Positions 31,929-41,626 of a stretch of DNA of 64,000 bases are shown here, piece after piece. The stretch's first letter is position 1; the number at the start of each line of letters is the position of its first letter. Below the pieces are notes generated by a model. That model made no database searches. It was not told the DNA's origin and was given only the letters and a program-made list of their open reading frames with translations. The DNA lies in the NCBI GenBank assembly GCA_964516435.1, contig CAZEZP010000102.1:246-64245 (forward strand), written 5' to 3'. The translations under genes were made by a program, and so were the position numbers. This stretch comes from an uncultured Kofleriaceae bacterium (GTDB lineage Bacteria; Myxococcota_A; Polyangia; HGW-17).

Positions 31929-32939
31929 TTACAATGCAACCTTTTCCTGCGAAGAGGTTGCGGCGGCCGGAATGCGCTGGGCGGCGCTCTCCACGATGCG
32001 CTCGATGAGCCGATCGAATGGAATTCCCCGCAGCCGGCAGATGATGGGCAGGTCCGAATGCTCGGGATTCAGCCCGGCCAATGGATTCACTTCCAGGAAA
32101 CTGGGGCGGCCGGCGGCATCGCAGCGGAAATCCATGCGGCCGGCGTCCCGGCAGCCCAGAAGCCGCCAGATGTCCACGGCCAGGCGGGTGCATTCCCGCG
32201 CCGCCGGATCGTCGACGAGACGGTAACTGACCAGTTCCTCGTACTTCTTCTTGTTGACATAGGAGTAGGCATGGGCTTCGGCTTCCTGGCGCAGGATGAC
32301 TTCCATGATGCCCACGGCCTCGGCCTGCGCCCCTGTGCCCACGATGCCCACGGTGAACTCGCGCCCCGGCAGGTAGGTCTCCACAAGGGCCGGCTGACGG
32401 TAGCGCGCGAGCGTCTCGAGGCAGACGCGGCGCAGGGTTTCCGGATCGTCCACGCGCGACTGGGCATGCACGCCCTTGCCGGTCCCCTCGGCCACGGGCT
32501 TGACGAACAGCGGATAGGGAAGCCGGACGCGCTCCACGTCCTCGGGCGTCTCCACGAGGAAGAAGTCCGGCGACGGGAATCCGGCCTGCATCACCACCTG
32601 CTTGGCAAACGCCTTGTGCAGGGTCAGGGCGTTGACGAGGGAATCCGAGAACGTGCAGGCGATCCCGTACGCCTCGAGCAGCGCCGGCACCTGGGCCTCA
32701 CGCCCGAACCCCGAAAGCCCCTCGCAGATGTTGAACACGAGGTCCCAGCGCTTTCCATCGGCCAACCGGCGCACCAGCGTCTTCACGTGGCCGATGCGCT
32801 CGACCTCGTGGCCCAGCCGCAGAAGCGTCGCCTCGATGGCGTCGACCGTGTCCTCGCGGTCGAATTCCGCGGTTTCCTCTTCCGTGTAACCCATTTTTAG
32901 ATATTCGCTACGCAAATCATACGTCATGCCGATGCGCAT
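31929..32939 (-). CDS. D-Ala-D-Ala ligase-like ATP-grasp enzyme (AEFD subtype)
   Basis: AEFDREDT, DLVFNICEG..GREAQVPALLE, PLFVKPVAEGTGKGV, LVETYLPGREFTV, RMDFR..FLEVNPLAGL. Confidence 0.85.
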   Translation of the reverse strand: MRIGMTYDLRSEYLKMGYTEEETAEFDREDTVDAIEATLLRLGHEVERIGHVKTLVRRLADGKRWDLVFNICEGLSGFGREAQVPALLEAYGIACTFSDSLVNALTLHKAFAKQVVMQAGFPSPDFFLVETPEDVERVRLPYPLFVKPVAEGTGKGVHAQSRVDDPETLRRVCLETLARYRQPALVETYLPGREFTVGIVGTGAQAEAVGIMEVILRQEAEAHAYSYVNKKKYEELVSYRLVDDPAARECTRLAVDIWRLLGCRDAGRMDFRCDAAGRPSFLEVNPLAGLNPEHSDLPIICRLRGIPFDRLIERIVESAAQRIPAAATSSQEKVAL

Positions 32940-33012
32940 GAAAGAACCTCTCGTTTCCTTTGTTTTTTATTGCGGGGTGAGGATGGAGTGCAGCATTGCC
33001 GTTTTCGCAGCT

Positions 33013-33040
33013 AGTGTAGGATGCCGCCGGAAGTTTGCAA
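33013..33040 (-). promoter_or_regulatory. candidate sigma70 promoter TTGCAA-N16-TACACT for the ATP-grasp/radical SAM operon
   Basis: Read on the minus strand about 75 nt upstream of the ATG at 32939. Confidence 0.4.
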
Positions 33041-33177
33041 CGGAAAAATTTCAAAAAATGCGGTCCGGAAAAACCGGCCCCAAACACGCGTGGCATGGGG
33101 CGCGGTGGCCTTCATGCAGGGAAAACAGCTTGCAAACGGGACGTTTTTCCGAATGAATGGGGCCCCGGAGGAACGCC

Positions 33178-33945
33178 GTGATCGATACGCATTGCCATCT
33201 GTTCGACGATCCCCTGCGCGAGTCTTGGACGCAGGTGCTGGCAGAAGCCGCGCAGGCGGGCTGCACCGGCGTGGTGGTCGTGGCCACCTGGGCCACGGCA
33301 TGGGAAGAGATCGCCGGCCACCGCACGGACGTGCGCGAAATCCTGCCCGATTCCCGCGTGGCCGTGGGACTTCATCCCTGGTACGTACACCAGGTGCCCG
33401 CGGACTGGCAGGAAAGGCTGGAAACCTTGCTGCCCCGGGTGGACGCCGTGGGCGAAATCGGCCTGGACCGCGGCGAGCGGGCCCCGGCGATGGAACTGCA
33501 GGAGCCCGTCTTCGCCCGGCAACTGGAAATGGCCGCCGCGCATGGACTGCCCGTGCTGCTGCACGTGGTGCGCGCCCACGATCTCGTGCTGCACCATCTC
33601 AAGGCGTTCGGCGGAAAACTGCGCGGCATCGTGCACGCCTTCTCCGGTTCGCCCGAAGACGCGCGCGCCTACGTGGAGCGAGGCTTCCTGCTGGGCATCG
33701 GCGGCGGCATCACCCGCGAGAACGCCCACCGCCTGCGCCGCATCGCCGCCAAACTGCCGCATGAAGCCATCGTGCTGGAAACCGACAGTCCATACCTGGG
33801 CACCGAAACCGTTCCGGCAGGCGCCTCGCGCCCCGTGCACGCGGCGCAGGTGGCCGCCCGGCTCGCGCAGGAACTCGGACTCTCCATGGAAGAAACCATC
33901 CGCATCACGTCGGAAAATGCCCGCCGGCTGTGGGAGCGTCCATGA
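33178..33945 (+). CDS. tatD: TatD family deoxyribonuclease
   Basis: IDTHCHL, VGLHPW, VGEIGLD, LLHVVRA, VHAFSG, LETDSPY. Confidence 0.9.
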   Translation: MIDTHCHLFDDPLRESWTQVLAEAAQAGCTGVVVVATWATAWEEIAGHRTDVREILPDSRVAVGLHPWYVHQVPADWQERLETLLPRVDAVGEIGLDRGERAPAMELQEPVFARQLEMAAAHGLPVLLHVVRAHDLVLHHLKAFGGKLRGIVHAFSGSPEDARAYVERGFLLGIGGGITRENAHRLRRIAAKLPHEAIVLETDSPYLGTETVPAGASRPVHAAQVAARLAQELGLSMEETIRITSENARRLWERP

Positions 33946-36029
33946 TCCGCAATAGCCCCGTCCTGCAGGCGACGCTCGTGTTTTTCGCCGTCGTGGCAGC
34001 CTATGTGCCGCGACTGGGTTCCTACGGACTCTTCGATCCGTGGGAGACGCACTACGCCGAAGTCGCGCGCACCATGCTCCAGCGCGACGACCCGGTGTCG
34101 ACCTACTGGCAGGATGACGGGTTCTATTCCAAGCCGCCGCTCCTCTTCTGGATGCAGGCCGCCGGATTCCGCGCGGCCGGACTCAACGGCCCAGACGGCC
34201 CCGACAACGAGTTCACGACGGACGAGCGCCCGGAATGGGCCGCCCGATTGCCCGTGGTCCTGCTGGCCGCCCTGGCCGCGGCGGGGGTCTTCCTCTTCCT
34301 GCGCCGTCGGGCGGGGCCCTATCCGGCCCTGTTCGCATCCATGGCACTGGCATTCGCGCCGCATTTCGCCCTGGTAGCCCGCCAGAGCATCACCGACATG
34401 CCTTTCCTGGCGCTCATGACGCTGGGCATGCTGGCCTTCTTCGAGGGTTTCCTGCTGGAAGATGACGCCGAACCCGCATCCTTCTTCCGCCGGAGTTCCC
34501 CGCGCCGCCCGTCCGGCTTCGAATGGGCCTCCGCCGCAGCGATCGCACTGCCGGTGCTCGTGCAGTACGCCGTCTTCGCCCCCCGCGTGCAGGCGTCGTT
34601 CGCCTGGAACGGCCGCCCGGTCACGCTTTCCGGCTGGCTCGTGTTCTCGCCGTACGCGCTGCTGCTGGCGGACGTGCTCTGGGGCATCCTGCGCGGGCAC
34701 TTCTCCCCGGCCCGCCTGTGGATCCTCCTGGGCGCGGCCCTGTGCGCCCTGGCCGTGCTGGCCAAGGGCTTCGGCGCGCTGTTCATCCCGGCGGCCGTGT
34801 TCCTGCTGTACTTCCTGCTCACGGGCGAATGGGAGCGCCTGCGCCGCTTTCCGCTGTTTCCGGCGCTGTGGGTGGTGGTGGCCATCTCGTTCCCCTGGCA
34901 CCACGCCATGATCGTCCGCCACGGGGATGCGTTCTTCCAGGAATACATCGTGCACCATCATTTCAAGCGGGCCGCCGAGGGCGTGCACGGTGAGCGGGGG
35001 ACGTTCGCCTACTACCTCAACCAGATGCTCTTCGGCCTCCTGCCCCTCTGGCCGGCGCTGGCGGCGTCGCTTCCCGCAGGACTGCGGCGGCTGCGCGAAT
35101 GGAAGCCCTCCGGCGAAAACCGCCTGCTGCTGCTGGCCTTTCTCTGGATGGCGGTCTCGTTCTTCCTGTTCTCCTTCATGCTCACGAAGTTCCACCACTA
35201 CATCCTGCCGGTGGCGGTGCCGGCGGCCATCTGGACGGCGCTGGCACTCTTCGGCGGGAACCGGGAAGAAACGCCCGGCCAGGGATGGCGCCCCCGCTTT
35301 TCGCCGGCGCTCTTCACGGGATTCGCCCTGCTCGCGCTCACCGTGCGGGAAACCGTGCTGGATCCGGCCCATTTCATCAACCTCTTCATCTACAAATATG
35401 AACGCCTGTTTCCGTACGAAGACTGGATGCCCTGGGCCATGGGCGCTTTCGGGGGGCTGGTCCTGGCAGCGGCCGCCGTGCTGGTCTTCTGGCGCAACCG
35501 GAGCACCTGGACCGCTTTCCTGCTGGCGGGAGCGCTCTACAGCCTGCACCTGCTCGTGCTGTACATGCCCGCCGTGGGGCCCCACTGGAGCCAGAAGCAA
35601 CTGCATGCCATCTATTTCCAGTGCCGGCGCAACCCCGGCCAGCGCCTGATCGCCTGGCAACTGAACTGGCGCGGCGAGAACTTCTACTCGAAGAACAAGG
35701 TGGTCCCCCTGATGGAGACAGACAACAAGGAATTCCTGGAATACCTGCGCCGCTACCGGGCAAAAACCCGCGAGGAAGTCTCGGCCCGTTTCATCGTGCT
35801 GGAGGCCTCCCGCTACCAGCGCCTGGTGAACGTGCTCAACCAGGAACTGTACACGCGCTATCCGGAAATCTACGATTACCGCCGCGGAGAGGAACTCGTC
35901 ACCATCCTGGGCCCGGGATGCCGCGAAATCCCGCCGGTGTTCGTGGCGCACCCCGTTCAAACGCATTACAAGGTTCTTTCGACCCCTTATGTGCACAATA
36001 AATTTCTGATGGTCCGCTTGACACTGTGA
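33942..36029 (+). CDS. ArnT/PMT-like (GT39/GT83, GT-C fold) membrane glycosyltransferase
   Basis: DPWETHYAEVARTML, YSKPPLLFW, AVLAKG, PWH..F..EYIVHHHFKR, TKFHHYILP, many TM helices. Confidence 0.85.
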   Translation: MIRNSPVLQATLVFFAVVAAYVPRLGSYGLFDPWETHYAEVARTMLQRDDPVSTYWQDDGFYSKPPLLFWMQAAGFRAAGLNGPDGPDNEFTTDERPEWAARLPVVLLAALAAAGVFLFLRRRAGPYPALFASMALAFAPHFALVARQSITDMPFLALMTLGMLAFFEGFLLEDDAEPASFFRRSSPRRPSGFEWASAAAIALPVLVQYAVFAPRVQASFAWNGRPVTLSGWLVFSPYALLLADVLWGILRGHFSPARLWILLGAALCALAVLAKGFGALFIPAAVFLLYFLLTGEWERLRRFPLFPALWVVVAISFPWHHAMIVRHGDAFFQEYIVHHHFKRAAEGVHGERGTFAYYLNQMLFGLLPLWPALAASLPAGLRRLREWKPSGENRLLLLAFLWMAVSFFLFSFMLTKFHHYILPVAVPAAIWTALALFGGNREETPGQGWRPRFSPALFTGFALLALTVRETVLDPAHFINLFIYKYERLFPYEDWMPWAMGAFGGLVLAAAAVLVFWRNRSTWTAFLLAGALYSLHLLVLYMPAVGPHWSQKQLHAIYFQCRRNPGQRLIAWQLNWRGENFYSKNKVVPLMETDNKEFLEYLRRYRAKTREEVSARFIVLEASRYQRLVNVLNQELYTRYPEIYDYRRGEELVTILGPGCREIPPVFVAHPVQTHYKVLSTPYVHNKFLMVRLTL

Positions 36030-36132
36030 TTTAAATATATTGCAATCATATTGCATTAATTGCAGCATACAAAAAAATGTCCGGATTTTTGGGGTTGAAG
36101 AACGGGAGATTTCCGACTATCAAGGAAAGGCC

Positions 36133-36936
36133 ATGAAGCGGACGCTTTTTATTCTCGGCTCACTCCTCTCGCTTCTCCTGGGATTTTCGGGGGCCCCGGC
36201 GACGGCCCGGGCGGCGGATCCTCCGCCGGATGCCCGCTGCCTCAAGGAACTGCGCGCCGCCGGCGTGAATTTCAAGGTGGGTCCCGCCGCCACGGGCATC
36301 CGCACGCCGGTCACCATCCTGGATGGAAAAGTGGGTGCCATCCAGTTCATGCACGGCAACCTGGTGGCCAAGCCCCATCTGGACTGCCGGCTGGCTTTGG
36401 CCCTCTATCGCGTGCATCCGATCTTCTCCGCCAACGGCGGCATCACCAAGGTCATCGCCGGACTCTTCTACAGTTACCGGATGGTGAAGAACTCCAACCG
36501 GCTCTCCCAGCACGCATCCGGGCTCGCCATCGACATCTACGGCCTGCGGCTGGAAGACGGCACCTACATCTCGGTGGACTCGGACTACGAAAAGGGGCTG
36601 GGCGCGGGCTCCGCCTGCGAGGGAACGGCCAAGACCCGCGCCGGGCGCATCCTGCGGCAACTGGCCTGCGATCTCGACCGCAGCCATTTCTTTTCCGCCA
36701 TCCTCACGCCGGATTCGGACCGGGAACACGAGGATCATTTCCATCTGTCCGCCTGGGGCACGGATGAAAAACGCACGCGGAAGAACCGGACCGCCCTGGT
36801 GGAGCCGCAGAACTTCGCCACGGCCTGGGTGCGCCAACTCCCGCTTTCCGCAAGCCCGTCCATCCAGCGCGTCTGGAGCGTGGTGCAGCAGCGGCGCAAG
36901 GCCAACGTGAAACTGATGCGCCACAAGAGGCGCTAG
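36133..36936 (+). CDS. extensin-like C-terminal domain protein
   Basis: Signal peptide, LDCRLALAL, LSQHASGLAIDI, HEDHFHL. Confidence 0.75.
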   Translation: MKRTLFILGSLLSLLLGFSGAPATARAADPPPDARCLKELRAAGVNFKVGPAATGIRTPVTILDGKVGAIQFMHGNLVAKPHLDCRLALALYRVHPIFSANGGITKVIAGLFYSYRMVKNSNRLSQHASGLAIDIYGLRLEDGTYISVDSDYEKGLGAGSACEGTAKTRAGRILRQLACDLDRSHFFSAILTPDSDREHEDHFHLSAWGTDEKRTRKNRTALVEPQNFATAWVRQLPLSASPSIQRVWSVVQQRRKANVKLMRHKRR

Positions 36937-36999
36937 CGTCCGGGCGCGTCACGTTCCCGGCTTCGCCCGAAGTCTTTCGCCGTAGGAAGGAGGCTCTTC

Positions 37000-37419
37000 A
37001 TGGAACATCCCCGCATCGCACAGGTCAATGAATACATCCGCCGCTTTTCCGAGAAGCTCGGCATCCCCCTGCGGCCACTGGACGAAACCGGCTACACCTA
37101 CATCGCCCGAGGCTCGGCCGTCCTGGGCATCAACGTGTTTCCCGAGCAGAACGTGCTGGTGTTTCTGGCCTACATCATGGACCTGCCCGAGGGGGACTGC
37201 CTTCCCCTCTTCTCGAAACTGCTGGAGTTGAACCTGCTCAAGACCAAGGACGGCGCCTTCGCGGTGGATTTCGGCGAAAGGCGGATCTACCTGCGGGCCC
37301 TGCGCGGCCTCGAGGGGCTCGACTACGAAGAGTTCGTGGATCTGGTGCGCACGCTCTCCGAAGTGGCCGACGAGTGGGACGACCGGCTGAAAGCCGAGTT
37401 TTCGAAACCTGCAAAATAA
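37000..37419 (+). CDS. CesT/YbjN-like (type III chaperone fold) protein
   Basis: 139 aa, acidic, LF..LLELN..GAFAVD..IYL..L..LDYEEF..L..VADEWDD.L pattern. Confidence 0.7.
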   Translation: MEHPRIAQVNEYIRRFSEKLGIPLRPLDETGYTYIARGSAVLGINVFPEQNVLVFLAYIMDLPEGDCLPLFSKLLELNLLKTKDGAFAVDFGERRIYLRALRGLEGLDYEEFVDLVRTLSEVADEWDDRLKAEFSKPAK

Positions 37420-37635
37420 TTTTTCATCGGCCCAGCATTTTCGGCGCTTTTTTTCTGCATTCACATCCGCGCTCGAGGCGGCATGGTGGCCGCCGCACGA
37501 ATTCCGGAGAAACAGCCGATGCCGGCGAGTGCCGGAACAGCGAAACCGGAAATCAGGGAAACTGCCCCGTGAAAACCTTTCCCGGCATTCGTTTCCGCGC
37601 ATGCAGAACACGTTAAAACCCATGCACTTCGCAGC

Positions 37636-37707
37636 TTGACAGGCCATGTCTTCCGTGAAAAAGTGCCTCGCGTGGCACTTCCCACGAACTGATGGAACGG
37701 CCATCAG
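37636..37707 (+). promoter_or_regulatory. TTGACA-N17-AAAAGT promoter candidate overlapped by IR AAGTGCC-N6-GGCACTT and followed by hairpin CTGATGG-N5-CCATCAG
   Basis: Read directly upstream of the DUF1232 gene. Confidence 0.45.
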
Positions 37708-37736
37708 GGAACCGAAAGAAGAAAGGAATCACGACG

Positions 37737-38267
37737 ATGACGGAGACCGAACTGCTGCAGAAACTGGAACCGTGGGTGAAGAACCTGGCCGAGGACACGC
37801 AGGTCATGCGGCGGGCGCTGGATTCCGCGGGCATCACGCGCGAAGCCAAGAAATTCATTCTGGGCGGACTTTCCTACATGCTTCGCAAGGTAGACATCAT
37901 CCCGGACTATCTCGGCGGCATCGGCGTTCTGGACGACGCCGCGGTGATGCGCGTTTCCGCGCGTCTGGCCAAGGAAGCCGGCGCACCGAACACCGACGCG
38001 GCCTTCGACCGCCTGGCGCAGGACGATTCCCTGGTGCGCGAACTGTTCGCCGACATGTATGATGCGTTCGTGAACTATGTCCGGCGCCTGCCCGAGGAAC
38101 GCATCCGCAACCGCAACGCGGACCACATCCTCGACGAGGAAGGCTGTCTGGACCAGTTCGACCGCGAACTGGAGGACGAAATCCGCGGATACAGCCCGAA
38201 GCCGCTGGGCGACAACGAGCGCACCATCCGTGAATTCCGCTCCTTCATCAAGTCCAAGGTCCGCTGA
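37737..38267 (+). CDS. DUF1232/YkvA family protein
   Basis: LSYMLRKVDIIPDYLGGIGVLDDAAV. Confidence 0.8.
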   Translation: MTETELLQKLEPWVKNLAEDTQVMRRALDSAGITREAKKFILGGLSYMLRKVDIIPDYLGGIGVLDDAAVMRVSARLAKEAGAPNTDAAFDRLAQDDSLVRELFADMYDAFVNYVRRLPEERIRNRNADHILDEEGCLDQFDRELEDEIRGYSPKPLGDNERTIREFRSFIKSKVR

Positions 38268-38372
38268 CGCCTTCATGCGTGAACATTCCAGGGCATTGCG
38301 ACGTATCGGCAGAGAGCGTTGCCGGGGGTCGTCGAATCGCGCCACATTCTTCCCCGCAAACCGGAGTCGAAC

Positions 38373-41330
38373 ATGATGCAGTTTCTCCTCGCGCTTGTGT
38401 TGTTCCTGCAGTTTCCCGCGCAGACCGGCAATCCGGCTTCAGCCCCACCCGCCAATGCCCAGGGCCAGCCGGCCCCCCAGTTGCTGCATCTGAAACTGAC
38501 CATCGCCAAACTGATGGACCGATATGTGGACCCCGGGCGCATCGATCCTTCGCGCATGCTGCTGTCCGGACTCGATGCCATCGCCCGGGAAGTGCCGGAA
38601 GTGGTCGTCCGGCCGGACAGCAAGGGCAACCTCGTGCTTGAAGTAGGCGCCAACCGGCTCACCCTGGCTGGCACCATCCCGTCCGGATGGGATCTCATCG
38701 CCTCCTTCACCCAGGTGTTCGGGTTCCTCGCAAAGAACCTGCCTGCCGACGCCCAACTGGACAAGATCGAATACGCGGCGATCGCCGGCATCCTGGAGAC
38801 CCTGGACCCGCACACGACGTTCATGACTCCCGAAAATTTCCGTGAACTGCGCTCGCAGGCCAGCGGCTCGTTCGGCGGCCTGGGCATCGTCGTTTCCATC
38901 TGCGACCAGAAACTGTCCGTCGTGAAGGTCATGGAGGGAACGCCCGCCGCCCGCGCCGGCCTCATGCCCGGCGACCGCATCCTGCGCATCGGCGCGCAGA
39001 CCACCGAGAACCTGACCCTCAACGAAGCCGTCTCCCGCCTGCGCGGCGAACCGGGAACACCGGTCTCCATCCTGGTGTCACGTCCCGCCTGGAAGCAGCC
39101 CAAGACCATCACCATCGTGCGCGAAACCATCTCCTACGAGAGCGTCAAGCACCGCGTCTTCGAGTTCTCCGGCACCAAACTGGGCTACATCAAGCTCAGC
39201 GCCTTCCAGATGCCCACGGCCGCCATGGTGCGCCAGGCGCTCGTGGACATGAACAAGGAGAACGTGGCCGGGCTGGTGCTGGATCTGCGCGGCAACGGCG
39301 GCGGCCTGCTGCACGTGGCCGTGGAAATCTGCGACTTCTTCCTCGACAGCGGCATCGTGGTGGCCCAGGTGTCCAAGAATTCGCGGGATCGCCGCGAAGA
39401 GCGGGCGCGCGCGCAGAATACGCTCTTCCGCAAGCCCGTGGTGGTGCTCGTGGACGACAATTCCGCATCGGCGTCCGAAATCGTGGCCGGAACGCTCAAG
39501 TATTCCGGCCGCGCCGTGCTCGTGGGCCGGCGCACCTTCGGCAAGGGCTCCGTGCAGGACATCATCGATTTCCCCGGTGACACGGCGCTCAAGGTCACCA
39601 TCGCGCAGTATCTCACCTACGGCGACGTCTCCATCCAGGGCGTGGGCATCGTCCCGGACGTCGAACTGCACCACGTGCGCCTGGATCCGAAGCGGCGCAC
39701 GCGGCCCGTGCTCTATTACACGGCCGGGCGCGAAACCAGCTCCGAAGCACAACTGAAGAGCAGCCTGAACGCGGCGCGCACCACCCCCAAGGGCAAATCC
39801 ATGTACATGGTGTTCGCCCTGCAGCCGGAGCCCAAGACCCCGCCGTTCGTGTGCAACTTCTGCGGAATGGATCCCGACGAGGCCGAACCCGCCGAGGATG
39901 AGGAATATCCGCAGGATGCCGCCGTGGATCTGGCCGCCGGCATCCTGGTGCATCAGAAGGGGCTCTTCGTCGCCCGGCCCGCGCTGCTACCGCAGTTGGC
40001 CAGCGTCATCGAGAACTTCCAGGCCGCAGCCGACAAGGAAATCGCCAGGAAGATGCAGGCGTTGTTCAAAATCGACTGGACCCGCAACGATACTGACAAG
40101 CCGATTGCCCTGGAAGCCCGGCTCACGGTGGTGGACAACGGCCGCACCACCGGATGGGCCAAGGTCGACGCGGAAGTGAAGAACACGGGCAAGACGCCCG
40201 TGCACCGCCTGCGCGGCGAAATCCACTCCACCAATTCCCGCTTCGACTTTCAGGAAGTGCTCTTCGGCATCCTCAAGCCCGGCGAAACCGTGAAACGCAC
40301 GGTGGAAGTGAAAGTTCCGGCCGGGCTATCCGCCCGCACCGACCGGCTGGAACTGATCCTGTTCAGCCATCTGCAGGAACTGGGCGTGAAGACTTCCACG
40401 CTGATCTCCACGGGCAAGACGGCCACGGCCCGCCTGCAGGTTGCCGCGGCCTTCGCCGACAAGGATGGCGATGGCATCCTGGCCCCGGGCGAGACGGGCA
40501 CCTTCCGCATCCGGGTGAAGAACGTCGGCGACGGCCCCACCTACGATGCCAACGTCGTGCTCAAGAACCTCACCGATGAAAACGAGGTGCAACTGGCGGC
40601 CTCGCGCGCGGACCTGCGCAACCTGGCGCCCGGTGAGACCCGGGAAATCGCCTTCCATGTGAAGGCCAACACGAACACCGGCTCGCAGCCCTGGAAATTC
40701 CGGCTGGAAATCCGCGACTGCAATGTCAACACCAGCGTGGACATTCCGTGGAACGTGAGGCGCAAGGACAAGGCCCTGCCCGCCATCGCGCAACTGTCGG
40801 GCACTTTCGTACTGGCCAGGGAAACCGACGTCTTCGACACGCCATGGCCCGACACGCAGAAGCCGCAGGGGAAACTGCCCGCTGGTTCGGCACTCAAGGC
40901 CCTGCGCGAAATCAACGGGTTCGTGCAGGTGGCGCTCAATCCCAAGCAGACCGCCTGGGTGCAGAAGGACGCAGGCGCCCTGCAAAAGATGCCGCCCAGG
41001 GATGCCCGCATGGCGGAGCATTTCGTCTACACGCCGCCGGTCCTGCAACTGCCGCCCGCGCCCGAATCCGTCGTCACCGGAAAGACCTTCACCGTGCAGG
41101 GAACCGTAGAGGACCCCGACGGCGTCAAGGACGTCATCGTGTCCGTGACCAACGTCAAGGCCAACGTCTTCCTGAAGAAAGTGGCCTACGTGCCCCAGTC
41201 GCCCAATACCGCCAAGGCCCCGTTCTCGGTGGAAGTCCCCCTGCAGCCTGGCGTCAACATCCTCTCGATCACCACCCGGGACCGCTTCGACGCCCAGGAG
41301 AGCCGCAACCTGATCGTGGTCGCCCAGTAA
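38373..41330 (+). CDS. S41 carboxyl-terminal processing protease (PDZ) with long C-terminal Ig-like extension
   Basis: LDPHTTF, FGGLGI PDZ, LDLRGNGGG, NSASASEIVAG, GRRTFGKGSVQ. Confidence 0.88.
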   Translation: MMQFLLALVLFLQFPAQTGNPASAPPANAQGQPAPQLLHLKLTIAKLMDRYVDPGRIDPSRMLLSGLDAIAREVPEVVVRPDSKGNLVLEVGANRLTLAGTIPSGWDLIASFTQVFGFLAKNLPADAQLDKIEYAAIAGILETLDPHTTFMTPENFRELRSQASGSFGGLGIVVSICDQKLSVVKVMEGTPAARAGLMPGDRILRIGAQTTENLTLNEAVSRLRGEPGTPVSILVSRPAWKQPKTITIVRETISYESVKHRVFEFSGTKLGYIKLSAFQMPTAAMVRQALVDMNKENVAGLVLDLRGNGGGLLHVAVEICDFFLDSGIVVAQVSKNSRDRREERARAQNTLFRKPVVVLVDDNSASASEIVAGTLKYSGRAVLVGRRTFGKGSVQDIIDFPGDTALKVTIAQYLTYGDVSIQGVGIVPDVELHHVRLDPKRRTRPVLYYTAGRETSSEAQLKSSLNAARTTPKGKSMYMVFALQPEPKTPPFVCNFCGMDPDEAEPAEDEEYPQDAAVDLAAGILVHQKGLFVARPALLPQLASVIENFQAAADKEIARKMQALFKIDWTRNDTDKPIALEARLTVVDNGRTTGWAKVDAEVKNTGKTPVHRLRGEIHSTNSRFDFQEVLFGILKPGETVKRTVEVKVPAGLSARTDRLELILFSHLQELGVKTSTLISTGKTATARLQVAAAFADKDGDGILAPGETGTFRIRVKNVGDGPTYDANVVLKNLTDENEVQLAASRADLRNLAPGETREIAFHVKANTNTGSQPWKFRLEIRDCNVNTSVDIPWNVRRKDKALPAIAQLSGTFVLARETDVFDTPWPDTQKPQGKLPAGSALKALREINGFVQVALNPKQTAWVQKDAGALQKMPPRDARMAEHFVYTPPVLQLPPAPESVVTGKTFTVQGTVEDPDGVKDVIVSVTNVKANVFLKKVAYVPQSPNTAKAPFSVEVPLQPGVNILSITTRDRFDAQESRNLIVVAQ

Positions 41331-41626
41331 TCCCCATCTTTTCGACGCCAACTCACCATCCCCAGTCCACGGATTCCCGCGGGGAACGCAAAATGCGAAA
41401 AAAGAATCCGAAAGATCGCAACGCGGCGGCGAGTCCTCCCCTGTCGGGGAAAACAAACTTTTGCACAATGCCCCAACCCGATTAGTATTCTAAATTTGAC
41501 TTACTTTTTCCGCCTGTAGCGGGGGCGGGAAAAAAACGGTTGCTTTCCTTGAAAAACCTGCATATGAAAAGTCCGTTCCCGCGACAGATTGCGAAAAGAA
41601 ACGGCGCGGGTTCCGGAGAAATCGTC

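Noticed and set aside
31929-32939. Calling the ATP-grasp gene ddl
   Set aside because: It lacks the canonical GG.S.E.EVS N-terminal motif and the NT.PG motif (has NPLAG). Substrate is uncertain.
41505-41536. TTTTTCCGCC...GGCGGGAAAAAA inverted repeat upstream of the amylase
   Set aside because: The T-run is on the 5' side in both orientations, so it is not a terminator. Evidence for an operator is too weak.
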